A DNA stretch of 20,000 bases from Chiloscyllium plagiosum (lineage: Eukaryota), in the NCBI RefSeq assembly GCF_004010195.1, contig NC_057754.1, positions 10,131,089 through 10,151,088 of the forward strand. The letters are read 5' to 3'. A program made the position numbers and the translations under genes. Under the pieces are notes generated by a model. The model was given only the letters and a program-made list of their open reading frames with translations. It did no database searches and was not told the DNA's origin. This document shows positions 1 through 11,559 of the stretch, in pieces. Position 1 is the first letter of the stretch, and every line of letters begins with the position of its first letter.

Positions 1-262
1 AGCTGAGAGATAAATGGGAGGGGGTGGGGCTAGGGGGAAGGTAGCTGGGAATGCGATAGGTAGGTGAAGGTGGGGGTGATGGTGATATGTCCGAGAGGAG
101 GGTGGAGCAGATATGTGGGAAGGAAGATGGACAGGCAGGACAGGTCAAGAGGATGGTGCCTAGTTGGAAGATTGGATCCCATGTGGAAGGAGGTGTTCTT
201 CCTCCAGGTGTCGGGTGGTTAGGATTTGGCAGTGGAGGAGGCCCAGGACTTGCAGGATAGGC
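1..262 (-). mobile_element. Penelope-like element (PLE) fragment: C-terminus of GIY-YIG ORF plus pyrimidine-rich 3' region, running off the window
   Basis: The minus strand translates to LQVLGLLHCQILTTRHLEEEHLL..PHGI, matching the PLE GIY-YIG C-terminal pattern (VLGLLHCQ..R.LEE..LIFRLGTLQPHGIN) with an internal deletion. Positions 1-160 resemble the PLE arm at 16130-16270 (e.g. AATGCGATAGGT). Confidence 0.75.
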
Positions 263-267
263 AGGTA

Positions 268-480
268 ACCAGGCATAATAGAGAAGTGGCATAATTTTAA
301 GGCAGGAGGTTTAGGCAGGATTTGAGGAAATTTAGTTTTACTGAAAAGGTGGTAGGAATACAAAAGCACTGCCTGGGAGGGGAGGAAAGATGGGAAACCT
401 CCGAACCTTTTGCAAGTATGTGGATGAGTATTTGAAAATAGCCAAGGACGTAATATCCTTGAGAAAAGGAACAGCTTTTA
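268..480 (+). mobile_element. Highly decayed CR1-type LINE 3' fragment
   Basis: Degenerate ORF2 C-terminal nucleotide pattern (GATTTGAGGAAA..TTTTACTGAAAAGGTGGTAGGAAT..GCACTGCCTG), comparable to the CR1 ends at 4060-4200 and 8780-8930. Confidence 0.5.
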
Positions 481-1239
481 GAAAAAAGCAACCAGCTTTG
501 TGACATATGTTTCTTGCGCTAATTTAACCTCTGACTGATTCTAGTGATGGGTACAGACTTAGTTGTTAGGAAATGGATTTTGTACTTACAGTGGAAGACA
601 TTGGATTTGATTCTTATGACAATAAATAAGAGGAAATTTTGACTAATCCAGTACTGGATCACAAACAAGTTGGTAATTTAGCAACAATGAATAACTGAGG
701 GACTGGTGACGATATTCTCAGTGTTTGTGTGGAGATTGTAATGTCATCCAATAGTACCTTTTAAATGAGAAGCATAGAATAGATCCTTGGGGAACAATAG
801 ATTTAATAACATGCGACAAGAAGCTCTTAATGTTGATTCTTCTTTCACAATTAGATGGAGAAGAACAGAACTAGGAGAAGGATGTCCAATCCATTGGAAT
901 GGATCTTGGAACAGCATGACAGCTCTCACTGATTAGAATATTCTGCACCTTTTTTGTAAGAGCAGAGTGACCGTTGTGGCACTTGAAGGTTCTTGGCGTT
1001 TCTCGGCCCCAAGAGAGTGTCATTAGGGTCTGGGATAATGGCCACCATTATCACAAGGCAGCAGGGTGCAAGCACAGAGACTCTGAGCAGAATACAATGT
1101 ATCTGTCTTGAACTGATAGAGATGGGTTTGAGAAACTCCACTTTCCATGGACTAGGAGTAGAACATTTACATACAGCAAACACACAGAAATATTTGCCTC
1201 TTATGAATTTCTATCCTGGATAGACAGAGATACCTTTTA

Positions 1240-1381
1240 TAAAACAAAAGCAAAAAATGCTAGAGAAACAAACAAGGTTTGGCAGCATCTGTGGAGAGAA
1301 AACAAAGCAATGTCCACTGACCCTTCTTCTGTTCTGAAGTTTTTGTTTCAGATTTCCAGCATCTGCAGTTCTTTGTGTTCT
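1240..1381. mobile_element. Old PLE pLTR remnant (head-to-head fragments)
   Basis: AATGCTAGAGAAAC..GGTTTGGCAGCATCTGTGGAGAGAAAAC..CCCTTCTTC, followed by CAGATTTCCAGCATCTGCAGT. The latter is the reverse complement of ACTGCAGATGCTGGAAA in the PLE copy at ~5040. Confidence 0.55.
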
Positions 1382-1614
1382 GTTGGTTTTCATGAACTCC
1401 ATTTATAGGATGGGGGAAGGCTGGGGAGTGGGTGGGTTAGAAATGGAGCAATCACAACACTCACAAAATAATGTCTCTTCTGGATTCAATCTTGGGCTGA
1501 TAGAGATGAATTTTGCAAACATAGTTTAAGGGCATTAGAAGGACAGCGTTAACACACAGCAAACTCAAACACACACAAATCTTTGCCTCTTTTGAATTTC
1601 TATTCTGTACTGAT

Positions 1615-1836
1615 AGGGATGGAGACATGATTGAGGTATATAAAATTATGAAGGGCTTAGATAGGGTCGACAGGAAGGTGGAGTGATCAATGAACAGGGA
1701 GCACAGTTTTAAGGAATGGACAGGACACTTTGAGGCTAGGTCATGGACCAACTTTTGGAAAATGGGATGAGAACATTTAGGTGCTTATTTTTAACCGCAT
1801 GGACTCGGTGGGCCAAAAGATGTTTTTCTGTACTGT
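1615..1836 (+). mobile_element. CR1-type LINE 3' fragment with internal deletions
   Basis: GGAGACATGATTGAGGTATATAAAATTATGAAGGGCTTAGATAGGGT reads GDMIEVYKIMKGLDR, and a tail-like GCATGGACTCGGTGGGCCAAAAG..TTTCTGTACTGT follows. Confidence 0.7.
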
Positions 1837-2015
1837 TGACCTCAATAACCTGCCCATTCACGAACAAGATATGATACCAGTGCCTGGTTACCTGTGAAGA
1901 AGATGCATGATGTTTAACCTCCTCACCATGGCAGTCTATGTGGTAAAGATGCACCACTGGTCTTAGGTAGAGGATTTACGGAGATGATAAAAGAATGCTC
2001 ATGTATGTCCAACTC

Positions 2016-2130
2016 AATAATAATAACATTGTATTTATGTGGCACCTTTTTTGTAAGGTGTTTACATAAATGTCATTAAACAATATTTGAGACTGAGCCA
2101 CTTTAAGTGATATTTGGACATTGACCAAGT
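2016..2130 (-). mobile_element. Decayed L2-type LINE 3' end
   Basis: (AAT)n then CATTGTATTTATGTGGCACCTTT..GAGACTGAGCCAC..GATATT, resembling the antisense L2 3' terminus. Confidence 0.45.
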
Positions 2131-2183
2131 GTGTTCCCACAGGTTCCCTCTCACATTTATTTCTGTTCTATATTCTTTCACAG

Positions 2184-3237
2184 GGAGGATGAGAAAGACT
2201 TGCTGCCTGGAAACTGAAACCACACATCAGATCAGGATTTAGTGGAGTCACTCAATTCATGGTGACCTGAGTACCAAGGAATATTGGAGATGGAAGGGAA
2301 AAGCCCTGTTCACGATGCAGAGAAACCATACATGTGATGTGTGTGTGAACAGGTCTACAGCCAATCATCTGACCTATCAAAACATCAATAGGATTACAGC
2401 AAGGAGAAACCCTGCGAGTGTGGAGACCATGGAACGGGGTTCCAATTTCCATCTGAGCTGCAAATTTGTCTTTTGCAGTCACACGGGGGAGAGGCCATTT
2501 ATTTGCTCCATGTGGGGAAGGGATTCATTAAATCATCCCACCTCCTGAGACAGCAACGAGTTCACACTGGGGAGATAGCATTTATCTCCCCGAATGTGGG
2601 AAGGGATTCACTAATTCTTCCAGCCTTTTGATACACCAGCGAGTTCACACGGGGAGAGACCATTCACTTGCCCTGTCTGTGGGAGGGGATTCACTGATTC
2701 ATCCAATCTATTGTCACACCAACAAGTTCACTCAAATGCAAGGCTGTTCAGCTGCTTCCACTGCAGGCCTGACTTCAAACATTTATCTGAACTCACAAGA
2801 CAGCAGCTGACTCACAGAAAAGGGACCATTTACCTGTGCTGAGTGGGAAAGTGTTCACTGATTCATCCACCCCCTGAACACCAGTGAATTCACACTGGAG
2901 AGAGACTGTTCATCTGTTCATAGTACAGGAAGGAATTTACTTGGTTAACCATCCACTCAGACATCTGTGAGTACAGACAGAGGAGAGACCATTTAAATGT
3001 TGAGACTGCAGCAAGTGCTATAAAATTTCTAGGAAACTGATTTTCCATTAGTGTATTCACACTGGAATAAGGGATGATTCAGGTGTTGTCACTGCAGTTC
3101 TAAGTTCAAGCAATCATCTCAATTCCATGTTAATCAATTAATTCACACTGGGGTGAGGCCATTCACTTTATCCACTGTGGGAAGACATTCCCTTATAGTC
3201 ATCCTGCCTGATGAGACACCTGCAAGTTCGAAAGTAA
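2184..3237 (+). pseudogene. C2H2 zinc-finger pseudogene, ~11 decayed fingers
   Basis: Acceptor TTCTTTCACAG at 2173-2183. ATG at 2290 gives MEGKSPVHDAEKPYM* (stop in finger 1). Repeated CACAC(G/T)GGGGAGAG.CCATT (HTGERPF) and TGTGGGAAGGGATTC (CGKGF) motifs carry many stops, frameshifts and lost Cys/His. It ends ..MRHLQVRK* at 3237, paralleling the intact gene. Confidence 0.9.
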
Positions 3238-3300
3238 CTGCAGTGACTGAATTTTGCAGCTGTTCAAAATCAGGACCAAACCGTGATGATTAGGATCTGT

Positions 3301-4310
3301 TTAATTTAAATAAATCTGAGGTGCTGCATTTTGGGAAAGGTCCTAGGGAGTGTTGCTGAACAAAGAGACCTTGGAGTGCAGGTTCATATCTCCTTGAAAG
3401 TGGAGTCGCACGTAGATAGGATAGTGAAGAAGACGTTTGGTATGCTTTCCTTTATTTGTCAGGGTATTGAGTACAGGAGTTGGGAGGTCATGTTGCGGCT
3501 GTACAGGACATTGATTAGGCCACTATCGGAAAGATGTTGTGAAACTTGAAAGGGGTCAGAAAAGATTTATAAGGATGTGGCCCAGGTTGGAGGATTTGAG
3601 CTATTGGGAGAGGTTGAATAGGCTAAGACTGTTTTCCCTGGAGCGTCAGAGGCTGAGGGATGACCTTGTGGGTGGCACGGTGGTTAGCACTGCTGCCTCA
3701 CAGCGCCAGAGACCCAGGTTCAATTCCCACCTCAGGCGACTGACTGTGTGGAGTTTGCACGTTCTCCCCGTGTCTGCGTGGGTTTCCTCCCACAGTCCAA
3801 AGATGTGCAGGTCAGGTGAATTGGCCATGCTAAATTGCCCATAGTGTTAGGTTAGTGGTTTGGGTGGGTTACGCTTCGACGGGTCGGTGTGGACTTGTTG
3901 GGCCGAAGGGCCTGTTTCCACACTGTAATGTAATCTAATCTAATCTGAGAAAGGTTTTTAAAATCATGAAGGGCATGGATAGGATAAATAGACAAAGTCT
4001 TTTACCTGGGTTGGGGGAGTCCAGAATTGGAGGGCATAGGTTTAGGGTGAGACGGGAAAGATATATAAGAGACCTAAGGGGCAACTTTTTCACGCAGAGG
4101 GTTGAATGTATGGAATAAGCTGCCAGAGGAAATGGTGGAGGCTGGTACAATTGCAACATTTAAAAGGCATCTGGATGGATATATGAATGGGAAGGGTTTG
4201 GAGAGATATGGGCCAGGTGCTGGCAGGTGGGACTGGATTGGGTTGTTGGTTTTCATGAACTCCATTTATAGGAGTTTCCATGCTGTACATCTCTAGGACT
4301 CTATGAACTC
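3301..4310 (+). mobile_element. 5'-truncated HER1/CR1-type LINE, interrupted by a SINE at 3670-3946
   Basis: Translated pieces EQRDLGVQVH, GIEYRSWEVMLRLYRTLIRP, LSYWERLNRLRLFSLE and WNKLPEEMVEAGTIATFKRHLD, plus the tail GTTTCCATGCTGTACATCTCTAGGACTCTATG. Confidence 0.9.
3670..3946 (+). mobile_element. HE1-type tRNA-derived V-SINE inserted in a CR1 LINE
   Basis: tRNA-like head GGGTGGCACGGTGGTTAGCACTGCTGCCTCACAGC, B-box GGTTCAATTCCC (3717-3728), V-domain GTGTGGAGTTTGCACGTTCTCCCCGTGTCTGCGTGGGTTTCCTCC, LINE-derived tail TTGGGCCGAAGGGCCTGTTTCCACACTGTA and (TAATC)n. The host LINE reads through on both sides (RDDL / VFKIMKGMDR). Confidence 0.92.
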
Positions 4311-4515
4311 CAGTCCAGGTACTGGGACTAATATGCTGCTTAGAGGTCAAGGAAAGGTCAATGAACATACAGTGTCAAGTCTTTCGAATATTTCCAACAC
4401 CAGTTAATTCCTTCTGAGGTGTGCACTCTTTCTCTCTCTTTCTCTCGCCTTTCTCCCCATTCTAGGAGGTGAGGAGCAAGTCATAAAATTGGGCAGAAAA
4501 CAGGGAATAGCAAAG

Positions 4516-4555
4516 GAAGAGTAAAAGATTGATGAAGAGTAAAAGATTGATGAAG
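4516..4555 (+). repeat. 18-bp perfect tandem duplication (GAAGAGTAAAAGATTGAT x2 + GAAG), probably within an old CR1 fragment
   Basis: Directly visible at 4516-4533 and 4534-4551. Confidence 0.85.
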
Positions 4556-4989
4556 GGGAAGAAACTGGAGTGTGACAAAAAGCTAGCTAAGTATATGGAA
4601 AGTAAAATTTAAAAAGGAAATGAGTAATCAATTTTGCATTATACTTCAGGGTGTATTTATTTTGAATTTATTCAGGAAATGCCTTACAATTTGAACAGTT
4701 ACATTCCATTTGTCCTCACCATAAACGATACAAATAATTTCTCAAAAATGATTCATAATTATGAAAGGGAGGTCAGAGCATAAACCAATTCAATTCCTAA
4801 AGACAAGAGAATTATTAGAACTAAAAGCTGATACATTCTCAGGTCACCAATCAAGTAGCGACTGAACTGACAGATGCACTCATTTTTATTGGTCAAAAAT
4901 CCCTGAGCCAGTGACATGTGATTCATCTTTTGAGTTCATCTTTCTCACTGGAATGTACCTTTCCAAGCATTCTGAACTAGCTCATCAAT

Positions 4990-5189
4990 TGCAAGAGGAT
5001 CCGCAGTAGGGTTAAAATCAACGAGGTAAAAACAATGACTGCAGATGCTGGAAACCAGATTCTGGATTAGTGGTGCTGGAAGAGCACAGCAATTCAGACA
5101 GCATCCAAGGAGCTTTGAAATCAACGTTTCGGGCAAAAGCCCTTCATCAGGAATAAAGGCAGTGGGCCTGGAGAGATAAGCTAGAGGAG
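4990..5189 (-). mobile_element. PLE pLTR fragment with hammerhead-like core
   Basis: The minus strand reads CTGATGA-A-GGGC-TTTT-GCCC-GAAACGTT (5150-5123), then TCCTTGGATGCTGTCTGAA..CCAGCATCTGCAGTC..GATTTTAACCCTACTGCGGATCCTCTTGCA, homologous to 16275-16590. CAATTG flanks both sides (4986-4991, 5190-5195). Confidence 0.8.
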
Positions 5190-5434
5190 CAATTGTCTGT
5201 CACTGTACTTCTATGGATCTATCCTGGAATCTTATTTCCTCATTCACTTTAGACAGCTCTATTTTCATGTGTGATTGTAAGTTTAAGTCACTAGTCGTAG
5301 GTTCACTCTTCTCTGAAATTAATTGAGTATTGCATTTTTATGAACATGTACATTCTCAATGAAATTATTCATTAATCCTGTCTCATTGTATCTCTCCAGA
5401 TCTAGTAATTTTATTGTACAGAACTTGTGTTGCT

Positions 5435-5680
5435 GACAGAAAACACATCTAATCAAAGCTTTTTGTCTTGCACTCAGGACAATTCACAAGAACAACCAAT
5501 ATAAAAGGAAATTAACTGCAGGATAGGAAAGTGCTGATTGGTTTGTAAGCGGACTTTGGTAGAGCAGTTACCATGGGCAATTCAGCCGTAAGACGATGAC
5601 TGACAGTTAACTGTCAAGTATGTTTAAAATGTAAACCAGACAGGTTGACTCTGATTGGGTAAAAGGATTGCCCTGAGAAA
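5435..5680. repeat. Old interspersed repeat fragment, possibly PLE-derived
   Basis: AAAGCTTTTTGTCTTGCACTCAGGAC..GTGCTGATTGGTT..GACTCTGATTGG resembles a shark repeat recalled from memory. Family uncertain. Confidence 0.35.
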
Positions 5681-5839
5681 TGAGAATGAAGAAATTCAGT
5701 GAAGGGTACAGGCTTACCCAAAAATGAGGTGCCAATCTGGTCAAGTGGTAACACAGGACTACTTGAATGTTAAGGAACAGAAGCAGCATGCAATCGACCA
5801 GGCTAACAGCTAACTGATGAGATCTAAGTCGGTCTGAAT

Positions 5840-6296
5840 GGCTGTGAACAATTAAAGATCTGACGTGATGAGGTCTTCACATCAAATATTCCCATCCACA
5901 ATCATGGGAGAACTCAACACATCAGCAAAGTTTATTGGGTTTGATGATATTCCAACAATATTGTTGCAGACTTCTGCTGTAGAAAGAGCAGCACCCATTG
6001 CCAAGCTGCTTGATTATAGATATAATATTGGCATTGAGATGACTATATGGACAAGTGACCAGATATGCCCTTTTCTCAATAAGCAGGACATATCCAAGCT
6101 CAGGAATTACCACCCATTAGTCTACTCTTGACCATCAGTAAAGTGATGGAAGGCATTATCAATAGTGCGATCCAGCAGCACTTGTAAAGGAATAACCTGC
6201 TGACTGGCACTTCGTTAAGATTCCAAGAGAGATTCTCAGCTTCTGATCTCACTATGGCCTGGATCAAAACATGGTCATAAGAGATGACCTCCAGTA
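5840..6296 (+). mobile_element. Old CR1-group LINE RT fragment, left part (continues at 9041)
   Basis: AKFIGFDDIPTILLQTSAVERAAPIAKLL..ICPFLNKQDISKLRNYHP is a degenerate KA.GPD.IP..L...APE.A.PL..LF / P..KK.D....NYRPISLL RT N-terminal region. It continues SKVMEGIINSAIQQHL and ends ..EMTS at the insertion site. Confidence 0.85.
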
Positions 6297-9040
6297 CAAC
6301 TGAGAGAAAATATTCTTGAGGATTCGTCTACTGAGTCTATATGGGTCAGAGTGAGAAATAAAAAAGGGGAGATCACTTTGATAGCATTATACTGTAAATA
6401 CCCAAATAGTCATCAGGAGATTGAGGAGCAAATATGTAAGGAGATGGCAGATAACTGCAAGAAATAGCTATGGAAAAGGATAGGTCTAGTCCACAAATTA
6501 AAGTTCTAAATCAGGGCAAGGCCAATTTTGATGGTCTTAGGAACTTTCAAAAGTTGGTTGGGGCAGGCAAAGAAACATCTGATAAGTGGGAAGCTTTCAA
6601 AGGTAAATTAATCAGGGTTCTAGACCAACCTGTCCGAATAAAAAGTTAAGGATAAGGCTGGCAAGAGTAGGGAATCCAGGATAACTAGACTTATTGAGGC
6701 CCTGGTCAAGAAAAATAAGGAGGCATATGACTCTGACTCTAAGACATGTATGGGCAACTGGGTTCAAATGAATTCCTTGAAAACAGAGGATGTTGAAGTA
6801 CACTTTCAGGATTAGATTAGATTAGATTTAAGACAGAATTCAGGAGTTAAAAGGGGACATGGGATGGTTTTGGCTGATAAGGTAAAGACCATCAGACATA
6901 GGAATAGAAGTAAGGCCAGCCAGCATATCGAGTCCACTCCGCCATTTAATCATGGCCGATGGGTATTTCAACTCCACTTACCTGCACTCTCCCTGTAGCC
7001 ATTAATTCCTTGCGAGATCAGGAAATTATCAATCTAAACTCTAATGAATACAATCAAGGGTTTCCTTAGCCATTCATCGCATGTTAGGCCTGCTATTCCA
7101 GGGATCATCCGTATGAATGTCCACTGGACACATTCCAGTGCCAGTATGTCCTTCTTGAGGTGTGGGGCCCAAATATTGGACACAGTATTCTAAATGGGGC
7201 TAAACTAGAGCTTTATAAATTCTCAGAAGCACATCATTGCTTTTATATTTCAATCTTCTTCAGATAAATCCAAACTTATTCGACAATTGCCTGAAGGGCA
7301 AAAGAATAACTAGGGAGAGAATAGGGCCTCTTAAAGATCAACAAGGTCATCTATGCAGAGCCACAAGAGATGGGTGAGATCCAAAATGAAAATTTCTTGT
7401 CAGTATTTATTATTGGGAAAGACATGGATACTAGGGAATTTGGGGAAATAAACAGCAATATCTTGAGAGAGTCCGCATTATAGAAGAGTAGGTGCTGGAA
7501 GTCTTAAAAGTGCATCAAAGTTGATAAATCCCTGGGACCTGATGAAATGTATCCCAGGACTTTGTGGGAGGCTAGGGAAGAAATAGAGGAGCCCCTAGTA
7601 GAGATATTTGTACCATCAACAGCCACAGGTGATGTGCCTGAAAATTGGACAGTGGCTAATGTGCCATGATTTAAGAAAGACTACAAGGAAATGCTTGGGT
7701 ATTACTGACTGGTGAGCCTAATGTCTGTGGTGGGCAATTTGTTCAAGGGGATTCTGAGAGACAGCATCTACAGGCATTTGGAGAGGCAAACACTCATTTG
7801 GGATAATCAGCGTGGCTTTGTGCATGGGAAATTGTGTCTCACGAATTTGATTGAGTTTTTGAGGGGATGACCACGATGAGGGCAGTGTGTTAAGATATTG
7901 ACTATGTGGGCTTTGGCAAAGCCTTTAACAAGGTACCTCATGGTAGTTTGTTGAGTAAGGTTAAATCTCATGGGATCTAGGGAGAGCTAGCTTATTGGTT
8001 ACAAAATTACCTTGATGGTAGAAGACAGAGGATGATGGCAGAGGGTTGCTTTACAAACTGGAGGTCTGTAACCAGCAGTGTGCCACAGGATTGGTGCTGG
8101 GTCCAGTTATTCATCATTTATATAAATGATTTGCATGAGAATTTAGGAGGTATGGTTAGTGAGTTTGTGGATAATACCAAGATTGGTGGTATAGCTGAAA
8201 GGTTATCTGGGAATGTAGTGAGATTTTGATCAACTGGGCCAGTGGGCAGAGGATTGGCAGGTGGGAGTTTAATTTAGATAAATGCAAGATGTTGCATTTT
8301 GATGGATCATACCAGGGTAGGACTTACACAGTCAATGGTAGAACCCTGGAAAGTGTTATAGAACAAAGAGATCTAGAGGTCTCAGGTAGACAGGGTGATG
8401 AAGGCGGCTTTTGGCACACTTGCTTTTATTGGGCAGAGTATTGAGTATCGAAGTTGGGACACCTTGTTGCAGCTGTACAAGATGTTGGTGAGGCCACATT
8501 TGGAATACTGACTGTAGTTTTAGTCACCCTATTATAGAAAGGATATTATTAAACTAGAAACAGTGCAGAAAAGATTTATTAGGATGCCATTTGGACTGAA
8601 AGTTTGAGTTATAATGAGAGGTTGGATAGGCTGGGACGTCTTTCCTTGGAGCATGGGAGACTGAGGGGTGACCTTATCGTGGATTATAACATTGTAAGAG
8701 GCATAGCTATATAGCCAATAGCTTTTCCCCATTGGTGGGGGAGTCTAAAACTAAATGGGACAGGTTTAAGGTGAGAAGGGAGAGATACAAAAAGGTCCAG
8801 AGGGGCATTTTCTTCACACAAAGGGTGATGAGCGCCTGGAATTGGCTGTCAGAAGTAATGATGGAAGGGAGCACAATTTTGTCATCTCAGAAACATTTAG
8901 ACACATATAGGTATGGGATAGATATGGAGGGATATGTACCAAATGCAGGCAAATGGGAGTTATTTAATTGTGAAAACTGGGCATCATGGGCAAGTTGGGC
9001 TGAAGGGTCTGTTTCCATACTGTAGACCTTTATGACTCTA
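6297..9040 (+). mobile_element. HER1/CR1-type LINE, 5'-truncated and degenerate, nested in an older LINE
   Basis: APE-region piece LEDSSTESIWVRVRNKKGEITL, RT pieces KSLGPDEMYPRTLWEARE, GKAFNKVPHG and YINDLHENLGGMVSEFVDNTKIGG, C-terminal FFTQRVMSAWN, and the tail GGGCTGAAGGGTCTGTTTCCATACTGTAGACCTTTATGACTCTA. Confidence 0.9.
6889..7280 (-). mobile_element. Antisense CR1-type LINE 3' fragment nested inside the 6297-9040 element
   Basis: Begins with the antisense tail CATCAGACATAGGAATAGAAGTAAGGCC..CCGCCATTTAATCATGG and contains antisense RPHLEYC-like sequence (GGACACAGTATTCTAAATGGGG). The host resumes at AAGGGCAAAAGAATAACTAGGGAG. Confidence 0.75.
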
Positions 9041-10060
9041 AGTAAAGTGAGAATGACTGCTTCTGACATCAAGGCAACATTTATCTGTACGTTGCATCAA
9101 GGAGCCCAATCAAAGGGAGTCAAGAGTGAAATTCTCCACTGGTTATGGATGTTGGAAGTTGATCATCTCAGTTCCAGAATATCTCTGCAGGTCTTCAGGG
9201 TTGTGTCCTCAGCCCATATGTCTTAAGTTGCTTGACCAGGTACATTCCTAACATTCTGGTCTGAAGTGAAGTGGAGATGTTTGCTGATAATTGTGCAATG
9301 GGAAGCACCATTCACAACCCCCCAAATACTGAAACGCTCTGTGTTACTAACACCAAGCCCTGAACAACATCCAGACTGGGGTTGATAATGTGGTAACATT
9401 TGCAACTGCACAAGGTGATGGTTATTTCCAACAAGAATGAATCTTTAAATGCAATGGTATCAGTCCCTCACTTATGAAAATTCAATGGGGATTATCTTTG
9501 ATTAGACTGGAGCAGGACTGATCATATAAATTCTGTACCAGCACAGCAGGTCAGAGGCAAGGAGTTCTGCAGTGAGTAACTTATCTCTTGCTTCTCCTAA
9601 GACTGTCCAGCATCGATTAGGCACAAGGCAGGAGTGTAATTGAAAACTCTCCACCAGTCTGGATGAGTACAACGCCAACAACACTTAAGAAACTGAACAT
9701 CAACCAGGACAGAGCAGCCCTCTTGACTGGCAGCACATTCCCTCCATTCAACAGTGATGGATCATCTCCAATACGTACTACAACAACACCTTCCAAACTC
9801 AGGATCTTCATCACATAGAAGGATAAGGGCAACAGATGTATGGAAGCACCACCTGCAAGTACCCCTTCAAGTTACACACCATCTTGACTTGGAACTATCA
9901 TTCTTTCATTGACACCAGGTCAAAATCCTGGACTCACTCTCTTACAGAATTGTGAGTGTACCTACACCTCAAGGATAGCAACAGATCAAGAAGGCAGGTC
10001 ACCATAATTTATTTCCATGGCAGTTAGGGATGGCCAATATAGGTATTTGGTGAATGAATA
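9041..10060 (+). mobile_element. Old CR1-group LINE RT and 3' part, right part (continuation of 5840-6296)
   Basis: SKVRMTASDIKATF..HQGA matches the VRVTALDIKAAFDRVWHQG region. A degenerate catalytic motif MFADN lies near 9276, later YKAQVRSVMEYSP-like sequence follows, and the tail is GGCAGTTAGGGATGGCCAAT..TGAATGAATA. Confidence 0.85.
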
Positions 10061-10099
10061 CATATGCTCTGAGCTATTATGATAATTCTAGAGGAGACA

Positions 10100-10160
10100 G
10101 GACTTCCATATTGGCCTCCTGGCTCAGAGGGAGAGACACTACCTACGCAACACAAGAGCA
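10100..10160 (-). mobile_element. Decayed tRNA-derived SINE head
   Basis: The minus strand GCTCTTGTGTTGCGTAGGTAGTGTCTCTCCCTCTGAGCCAGGAGGCC..GAAGTCC has an A-box/B-box-like layout. Confidence 0.35.
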
Positions 10161-10810
10161 TTCCCATCCCACACCCCATGAATGTATAAAACGTCAGTCA
10201 CCACATGAACTTGCATCTCATTGATGTCCAAATCAATGCAGGCCTGTGAAATGAAAGCTGCCAGTGAACAAAGTCCATCTGACTGACATGCCTGGGAAAC
10301 ATTGCAGATTCATTATATAGGCTCACTTCCCCCAGTGAAAAAAGGCAACTGCTATATCTTGGCTGTTCTCGATATTTTTATCTGGGAATTGAAGATTTCC
10401 CTATTAATAAACAATGATGCAGTCACCACAGTTAAAATCTGATGGGAATAAACCTGTAACATGAGGACCTTTCTAAAAAGGAGGGTGAGTGAGAATGGTT
10501 CTCATTTCAAAGCAGAATGAAAGAGGCAGCTTAGTTACCAACATATCCATATCTGCTTCCACCCAGAGACCAGTAGGGTGCTCCAGTGTTTTCCTCGCTC
10601 TATTAAAAACAACACTGAGAAAAGCTGTCAGAAAGGTGACTGGGTCATTGCTTTACCTGGTGCCTTAATGATCATTCTCTCCCCTTCTGTTCATTGACCC
10701 TTTCATAGCCAATTTCAGCTCATGACAAGTCAGTCAATACAGATTGTGCAACCCACTAGGATTCCAGACCACTGACCGGTTTCTTTCAGAATGTTCAACC
10801 TAAGAATTCT

Positions 10811-10912
10811 GAAATAAAACCTGAAATGGAGGAAACATTCAGTTGGTCTGGCAGCAAATGAGGATAGAAAGCAGAGTTAATATTTTAGGTCCAATGACGC
10901 TTCTTCAGAATG
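10811..10912 (-). mobile_element. Decayed PLE pLTR remnant with a broken hammerhead-like core
   Basis: Minus strand TTCTGAAGAAGCGTCATTGGACCTAAAATATTAACTCTGC..TGCTGCCAGACC, similar to 1240-1330. Confidence 0.5.
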
Positions 10913-11559
10913 TGGGTTCACCACATTTAATGAGCCAATTGACTGTCACTTAATAATTTGAATTGTTTCCTATCTGTAAATCTTTCCCATCCTATGCCCT
11001 AAAAAAGTTCATATAAAATTACACTGTACACTGTTCATATAAAACAGGCCCTTTGGCCAGAGCTAGAACTCCTACTCATAGGCTTCTCCTTCTATCCCTT
11101 TGACCTTACCTCAGCCTTTCAGCTTCTCTTTATATTCCCATTTCTCATATGTAATCATCTAACTTTCTTTTGAAAGTATCTCAGCTTTTTACCTGAAACA
11201 CTTTCTGAGGTAGTGAGCTCTATACTCTATCCAGAGTGTAGAAACACATTTCTTATTTCCTTGTTGGATTTATGAGGAACTGTCCGGTGGTCATGACCCC
11301 AAGCTTCGGATCTTTCCCACAGATGGAAACATTGTCTCCAAAGTCCTACATGGCAGACTGGACATAAAAATAAAACTCACAAGATCCAAGTTACAAATCC
11401 AAGATCCAAAATTGATTCAATGGCAGGAAGCAATGAATGATGGTTGATGAGTTATTTTTGTGACTGGATGGCTGTTTTTAGAAAAGTTCCACTTAGCTCA
11501 GTTCTGACTTCTTCATTCATGAATGATACCTTTAATCTAGATGAGATGTAGGGACAAAG

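Noticed and set aside
485..1230. Short ORFs (744-929, 926-1183, 993-1223) as exons
   Set aside because: No recognisable domain or convincing splice structure; probably decayed repeat or unique non-coding DNA.
3309..3314. AATAAA as the pseudogene poly(A) signal
   Set aside because: It lies in LINE-derived sequence (cf. TTTAATTTAGATAAATG at 8268-8284).
3670..3735. tRNA gene
   Set aside because: It is the tRNA-derived head of a SINE, with no full cloverleaf.
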